A stretch of 12,933 nucleotides of DNA from positions 1 through 12,933 of the forward strand of contig JAKLZA010000176.1 of assembly GCA_030704615.1 (NCBI GenBank), written 5' to 3'. Below, one piece after another: positions 9,448 to 12,933 of the stretch. The notes under the pieces were generated by a model, which worked only from the letters and a program-made list of their open reading frames with translations, did no database searches and was not told the DNA's origin. Source of the DNA: Takakia lepidozioides. Its lineage: Eukaryota > Plantae > Bryophyta. How positions within the stretch are numbered: position 1 is the stretch's first letter; each line of letters opens with the position of its first letter. The position numbers and the translations under genes are program-made.

Positions 9448-10391
9448 TGTTAGAGGACTGCCGGGACTTAGACACTTATACGGGATCTGTAGGGTACCCT
9501 TAATTTTTGCACAGACTGAGACCAACAGGAGCCTTAGGGGTGAGAGCAGCGCACTGTAGAGGGGGGTTACACAGCCCGTCACTCGTCACAGTCGTCACAG
9601 CCACACATCCAACACAGCCCGTCACAGTCACAGCCAACACAGCCAACACACAGCCCGTCACAGTCGTCACAGCCAACACAGCAACACAGCACCGTCACAC
9701 ACATCCACACAGCAACACATCCCGTCAAGTCGTCACACACAGCAGACATAGCCGACACTCACAGCCCGTCAGTCGTCACAGCCGACACGCCACACAGCCA
9801 GTCACAGCCCGACACAGCAAACACAGTCGCACAGCAGTCACAGCCCGTCACAGTTTCACACAGCCAGTCACAGCTTGACACAGCTGTCATGATCATAGGG
9901 AACGAAGAGTAGGACAGGGAACGACTGTGGGGAACAACACCTGCGAAGGGAACATGTTAGTTCACAGACGACGGTTAGTGAGGGAAACGGTTAGAACCGC
10001 GGATAGGAAGATAAAGGAGAAACGGGGAATTGAGGGACATCATTCGGAGGAGGACTTCTTGGTGATAGAGGAGAGGGGATCGGGCAGAGATGAAAACGGA
10101 AGTGAAGATAGAGAGATGATGAGTAGATGCTTGATATATGCAAGACTGTAATGATATTGTAGAGGAGATTAGAGACACAATGGCTTCGGCCTGATACCTG
10201 ATAAATCATAATCGGATACTTTTACGATACAACCACACTGTGTAGAGAGATCTGAGTGAAGCTGTGGAATGAAAGGATGAGTTGATGGAATCCAATAGAT
10301 TGATAAAGCAAACTGATACTTAATTATCAATGGTAAGATAGTTAACATGAATACCAAAAGGGAAACAAATAGGAAACACCCCCATGATACA
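9448..10391 (+). repeat. Putative 3' LTR (start firm; end either TAACA at 10347 or GATACA at 10391)
   Basis: Begins TGTTAG 3 nt after the PPT and is non-coding. TGTTA...TAACA would form a 5-bp terminal inverted repeat ending at 10347. The 5' LTR is not in the window, so the end cannot be confirmed. Confidence 0.65.
9569..9890 (+). repeat. Tandem array 2 inside the LTR: ~9-10-bp CACAGC/CGTCACAG units
   Basis: acacagcccgtcactcgtcacagtcgtcacagcc...; 12 CGTCA copies counted by eye. Confidence 0.93.
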
Positions 10392-10404
10392 CTAGCTGTA
10401 GGTC

Positions 10405-11112
10405 ATGACTGATTGTTCTGCGCGGGCTGAGTACTTAGAGATTTCCAACTCTTCAATCTTGGAGTTTCCGCCTCGAATAGCGAAGGGATGGGTGAGTAAA
10501 AGCCGCGCGACAGAATTCCAGCTCTTGTCGGATTCCGACTTGTCTTTAGACGGGAAATATCGCAAAGTGTGGATAGAGTTGCACAAACACTACCGGTTAG
10601 GGATTTGGAGCTCTATGATGTACAAGAACTTGCAGCCCATCCTGGATTTTTTGCTTCGTGGTCTACCTCAACCGGCCTTCGTTATGTCTCAAGAGGATTG
10701 TATTTCATGCCCTACTTCGGTTCACCCTCAATTCAAATCAGGATTGGACCCTCCTCATTTGTTTTTGAAGCCACTGATCAAGGTCTGGAAGGGATTTGGT
10801 GGGCAATACACCAAAAGTAACACTCTGCTCATTGACGACACCGCCATGAAGCGTGTATTGAACCCGCCCGACTCATGTCTTGTTCTCACAACATTCCAGA
10901 CCGTTGAGACTGATGGTTGCTATCTTCTCAAGGTTCTTCAGACCTATTTGCTTGGAATGAGAAAACATCCCACTGTTTCAAGCTATCTTAGGAAAAAAAG
11001 GATAGGGTTGAGTTTTTTTCCCAATGTTTCAAACGATCCCAAGTTTAGCCCACTCTGGGATTTTATTGAGGACAACGGTTTTAAGAGTCTCAGATATGAT
11101 GCTTCAAAATAA
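10405..11112 (+). CDS. FCP1/NIF-like (HAD superfamily) phosphatase-domain protein, N-terminal catalytic motif apparently missing; probably truncated or a pseudogene
   Basis: From ~10576: ELHKHYRLGIWSS...PAFVMSQEDC...FLKPLIKVW...YTKSNTLLIDDT.MK..LNPP matches the remembered plant/fungal FCP1-homology subfamily pattern (IWSS; W/SQxxC; KxLxKxW; NTLLxDDS). The first ~57 aa lack the DxDxT/DLNG and RPxxxxFL motifs. Confidence 0.75.
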   Translation: MTDCSARAEYLEISNSSILEFPPRIAKGWVSKSRATEFQLLSDSDLSLDGKYRKVWIELHKHYRLGIWSSMMYKNLQPILDFLLRGLPQPAFVMSQEDCISCPTSVHPQFKSGLDPPHLFLKPLIKVWKGFGGQYTKSNTLLIDDTAMKRVLNPPDSCLVLTTFQTVETDGCYLLKVLQTYLLGMRKHPTVSSYLRKKRIGLSFFPNVSNDPKFSPLWDFIEDNGFKSLRYDASK

Positions 11113-11878
11113 ATTATTTTTGATCAATCCCATCTCACTCGAGCTATTGAATTATCTTCATGTTTTTTCTTTTTCATTTCCTTGTAATCACACACGTGAA
11201 AGATATGGTACTCTCATTTTGACTCATTTTCAGTTGAATTCTTGACGCACATTCCGGGCAATCCCAAGACTCTGATGCAGGCCTTCATACGAGGACATGA
11301 CTATATCTAGTGACCCCCACTGTTCAGTGGAGGTTCGCATTATTACATTCCCGGATTTATGATTATGTCTCTTTGGCAGGTTCAAAGAGATGCTGACAAC
11401 ATCATCGGTTCCTCAAGTCCCCTAAAGGAACCCTCCGGATCAGCTGTGAGTCGGAGTATTGAAGGCTTTCCGAGGGTTCACGATGGTGCTCAAATTGAGG
11501 ATGGATCCTCTGTCAGACCCTTGTCCTCCCCGGAAGCGGGCGACACTCTTCTCTCTCTCGGGTCCTCCTGGGGGTAAAGTCCAAGGTGCAGGTGAAGAAC
11601 ACAAATATCCCGAGACTTTATCGATCTTTCCCAACATTCCTCACCCTCCATGTTCAGTACGCAGGGTCCGGTCTATCCAACCCACAGGGCAACTGTCGGG
11701 GACTCGGCTACGGTTCTGCTACACCACCTGCTTCTGTCTCTTCCTCGCATATCTCCCCAGCACGAGGGTTGGACAGCCCAAATCCGCAGGAGTCGGGTGA
11801 CTTAAACTCATTTCTCGCTCCTTGCTCATTCTTCTAGTTTCACTTAGTTTGGGGTCTGATATTCATCTGTCGCTCCAG

Positions 11879-11980
11879 GTAAGAAAATCTGCAGATTATG
11901 ACCTTTCTGTCAAACGACGTCTGCATTGGAATGCAGTTCCGAGGTAAATTATTCCTTCGTTGCGTTTTCATTCCATCCAG
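11879..11980 (+). other. Possible 102-nt GT-AG intron
   Basis: CAG|GTAAGA donor and TTTTCATTCCATCCAG|G acceptor; no transcript support available. Confidence 0.3.
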
Positions 11981-12680
11981 GATGTCGAGTGCTCAAGGGA
12001 CAATTTTTTGTGCTTGCCTGTTGTTGCCCTTCCACTTCTCCTGTCGTTCAATGACAAAACATCTCCAACATCGATTTCGCGTGACTCTGAACTGCTCGCA
12101 CAATGTTCTGCACCAAAGAGGCGAAAAAGAGCCCTCGAGCCATTTCCTTCCTCTCGCAGGGAACATTCCAAAGGACAAAAGGCTGACAAGAAAAAAAAAA
12201 AACGGACTCCAAACACTTGAGGACTCCCTCGGATGTTGTGGCGCCTCGTCAATCCAAGCCCGTAGGAATCCACTGTTCTTCTGCAAGACATTCCAATAAG
12301 GCTTCAATGGTACATTTCAAAACAATTTCTCCACTTTCGTTTGCAGTTTGTTTTTCTGTCCCAAACTAACTCCGTAATTTCTATACAAGCGAATATGGAG
12401 CCGCATAACTTCTTGAATGCGCCTCCCGACAAGGTGCGTCCACTAACCTCCACTTGACAACCGACGTTCATCTTTTCGTGATCTCGAACTCTTCGATATA
12501 TGGTCTACTCTTGGTCCTTTACAGTAGTCCATTGTCGGGACACTTATGTCTCCAAAAACGTAGATCGGTCACTCTGAAACTAAAAAAACACTACATTGTG
12601 TTGTTTCTGACGGCGGGAACACTTAAATTGCGCAGGATGGTATCGTCCATCAACCTTCATTTGCCACATCGGGGAAGAGG

Positions 12681-12933
12681 AAATGGATGCTGTTAATATT
12701 GAGTGTCAACGATCTCCTTTGCTACCGGCCACCTCCAATCGGCGGGTAATTGTTTAAGGAAAGATTTTGTTTCAGGAAAGTTACAGTTCATGTTCCCGAA
12801 AGACCTTTTGTGGTTCCCCGCCCGGAGTCTTGGAGTTTCTCAACCTTGCGTTCATGCATTTTCACGTGGCAATCTGGTCATGTGCTGAAAGACATGTTCT
12901 TTGTAGGATGCTCGAGTGCTTAGTTCCTACGAA
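12681..12933 (+). pseudogene. Second FCP1/NIF-like phosphatase domain, N-terminal half (runs off the window; one stop and one frameshift)
   Basis: KWMLLILSVNDLLCYRPPPIGG*LFKERFCFRKVTVHVPERPFVVPR, then a 1-nt shift at ~12823, then PGVLEFLNLAFMHFHVAIWSCAERHVLCRMLECL. This parallels the family consensus KLLVLDLNGLL...RPxxxEFLxxxxxxFxVxIWSS. Confidence 0.75.

Larger units (their letters stand above)
1..10391 (+). mobile_element. Ty3/Gypsy (Metaviridae) non-chromovirus LTR retrotransposon with an extra 3' ORF; its 5' part lies outside the window
   Basis: Domain order gag(CCHC)-PR-RT-RH-IN is diagnostic of Ty3/Gypsy. A PPT at 9431-9444 is followed by TG at 9448. There is no chromodomain after the integrase GPY motif. 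The right end is uncertain (10347 or 10391). Confidence 0.95.

Noticed and set aside
9491-9500. Palindrome AGGGTACCCT in the LTR (also GTCGGA-T-TCCGAC near 10527-10539)
   Set aside because: Short palindromes of this size are expected by chance in 13 kb and have no supporting context
9507-9878. 123-aa T/H/S-rich ORF (similarly 4733..5005 and 4632..4934)
   Set aside because: Artefact of translating stop-poor tandem repeats
9555-10391. Nested solo LTR bounded by TGTA...TACA
   Set aside because: Flanks (cgcac / ctagc) show no target-site duplication; the PPT-adjacent TG at 9448 explains the region more simply
12746-12775. 30-nt GT-AG intron that would remove the TAA in the second FCP1-like domain in frame
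   Set aside because: Signals are present (GTAATT...TTTCAG) but the length is well below normal plant intron size; a point mutation is more likely

Overview
This is plant-type eukaryotic repetitive DNA. Bases 1 to about 10.35-10.39 kb are the 3' part of a Ty3/Gypsy non-chromovirus LTR retrotransposon on the + strand. In order it contains: the gag C-terminus with three CCHC zinc knuckles; protease, RT, RNase H and integrase (no chromodomain, no visible extra archaeal-type RNase H); a CACAGC-based ~10-bp tandem array; a ~0.7-kb non-coding spacer; a large frameshifted accessory ORF (~5873-9410, ~1,180 codons); a polypurine tract; and a 3' LTR starting TG at 9448 that carries a second array built on the same CACAGC motif. 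The accessory ORF has a plant-transposon/PMD-like N-terminal domain, an acidic linker, a long coiled coil, a Pro-rich hinge, an unrecognised aromatic-rich C-terminal domain and basic NLS-like patches. All the element's coding regions are broken by many 1-nt indels and a few stops, from decay and/or long-read error. Beyond the LTR lie two FCP1/NIF-like (HAD-family) phosphatase-domain copies. One is an ORF lacking its catalytic N-terminus (10405-11112). The other is a frameshifted N-terminal half missed by the ORF track (12681-end). The most interesting signal is the accessory ORF bracketed by two related short-motif arrays, which resembles in layout (inference only) TE-encoded sequence-specific anti-silencing systems. 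All protein family assignments come from motifs recognised by eye; no database search was run.
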